Notes under the pieces: model-generated | Seen by the model: the letters and a program-made list of their open reading frames with translations, nothing else | Told to the model about the DNA's origin: nothing | Databases searched by the model: none | Program-made: the position numbers and the translations under genes | In this document: piece after piece, positions 61,915 to 64,000 of the stretch | Position numbering within the stretch: the stretch's first letter is position 1 | Layout of the letters: each line of letters begins with the position of its first letter | Assembly: GCF_009914755.1 (NCBI RefSeq) | Contig: NC_060925.1 | DNA: 64,000 nt | Origin: the human T2T-CHM13v2.0 reference genome, Homo sapiens | Strand: one strand, 5' to 3'

Positions 61915-62125
61915 AAAAAATTAGCTGGGTGTGGTGGCTCATGGCTGTATTCCCAGCTACTCAGGAGGCTGAGGTGAGAGGATCGCTTGAGCCCAGAAGG
62001 TCGAGACTGCAATGAGCCATGATGGCACCCCTGCGCACCAGCCTGGCAACAGAGGGAGACCCTGGCTCAAAAAAACAAAACAAAATATAACAAAAATAAT
62101 CCCAACCAAACAGAACAACAACAAC
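61915..62125 (+). mobile_element. Alu right arm (AluJ/FRAM-like)
   Basis: AAAATTAGCTGGGTGTGG..GAGACCCTGGCTC followed by an A-rich tail. Confidence 0.85.
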
Positions 62126-62340
62126 AAGGAATCAGAGAAGGCTCAGGGGAGGGACTACTGGAAGTGGCCCAAGTAAAGACAGGTGACTGGAGGCTTCTGC
62201 ATAAGGGACGGCAATTTAAGCCTACACATTTACCATTGCTCCCACCTGAAATGATAGCGAAGGAATTGTTTTGAGGGCAAAAAACAAACAAACAAACAAA
62301 AAATCCCAGGAAAAAAAGATGGGAGGAGAGAGGTAGCTCA

Positions 62341-62680
<340 letters not shown>

Positions 62681-63042
62681 AGAAATCAGGGTGCTGTTGT
62701 ATGGGAAGTTTCAGCTTCTCATGGGTGGCTAAAGTGAACAGGGCTGAGAGACTTGAAGGGGTTAGTCTTCATGGCCTATTTCAATGGAAGGTGAGTCAAA
62801 TGTCCAGGCCTAAGTGTCTGGCTAGAGCCCAGCATAGCTGACATTACGGAGTCTCTGGGCCATGGTTCTCTCTTGTAGTAGCAGCAAGCTTACTCCAGCA
62901 GACACTTAGGTTTCTGGCATTACCAACCTCTGCTGAAGCCCTCAGTTGATGGGGCCTTTTGGGGAGGGGAGATGTCCCTGGAACAAGCACATGGAGCTTC
63001 CTCAAGGAGCTCAGACAAGGGCAATTGTTGGGGCCCAGGAGA

Positions 63043-63545
63043 AAGTCATATTGAGCAGATGGGCTCTCTACCCAATGCACACAGAAGCCAATACTATGGC
63101 ACGGGCTTTTGAGAAAAAAAAGGCTTTATTGCAAGACAGACCAGCAAGGAAGCAGGAGGGAGGCTGAAATCTGTCTCCTCCACTGGGGGTCTGGGGCAAG
63201 TTTTAAGGGCTCATGGGCCATGGAAAAGGACTTAGGAATAGTTGGCTTGGCAGGGTCTGACTGGAGGTCTGACATTTGACCATTTATAGTAAGGTATGTT
63301 GAGGCAGATTTTACCCCTGATCTTTGGGGCCAATGGACTCCTTGCATCTGAAATAGTTCCAGCATTCAGGTTCTGGTCATGTCCTAGTCTTCTGGTTCTG
63401 TTGGAAGGACTTACTGGTTGTGGGTGTTATTAGGGGTCAACGCCTTTCCTATTGCTCAGGCTACATGACTTGCAGTTTCTGGCTGTGTTATACCTACATG
63501 GTAACTCGACAGAGTAGGCCCAGTTTGGCCTGGTCCTATGGTTAG
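63043..63545 (-). mobile_element. ERV1-class (MER4-group, MER31/MER67-like) LTR
   Basis: GAAGCCAATACTATGGCACGGGCTTTTGAGAAAA..GCTTTATTGCAAG..AAATCTGTCTCC. Confidence 0.55.
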
Positions 63546-63596
63546 AAGAGAGGAAGTACTTACGTGCGCTTGAAGCAGCTGTTGGGTACATGGTCA

Positions 63597-63945
<349 letters not shown>

Positions 63946-64000
63946 TACAGATAACAGCTCACAGCATTACACAAACGTCATTCATGTTTAATGCAATTGT

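Overview
This is repeat-dense primate (most likely human) genomic DNA, intergenic or intronic, with no recognisable multi-exon protein-coding gene, RNA gene or promoter CpG island. Positions 1-4961 are a minus-strand HERV-H provirus: a type II/LTR7B-like 5' LTR, tRNA-His PBS, major splice donor, decayed gag/pro/pol with the YxDD region deleted, and an env TM remnant. Its 3' LTR should lie just left of the window, and it integrated inside an Alu. The only full-length ORF of known identity is a processed RPL35 retrocopy (48344-48715), inserted with a 20-bp TSD into the A-rich linker of an Alu. The rest is a mosaic of about 40 Alu copies or fragments, L1/L2/MIR fragments, MaLR/ERVL LTRs and small DNA transposons. 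Structure worth following up includes a ~690-bp tail-to-tail inverted MST LTR fusion (36421-37110), a diverged non-TE-looking duplication (23181-23312 vs 24254-24387), closely spaced inverted Alus, a 3x79-bp minisatellite, and a TE-poor candidate regulatory/exon region near 14.8-15.4 kb. I found no convincing evidence of a novel biological system. Repeat subfamily names come from recalled consensus sequences and boundaries are approximate unless a TSD is quoted.
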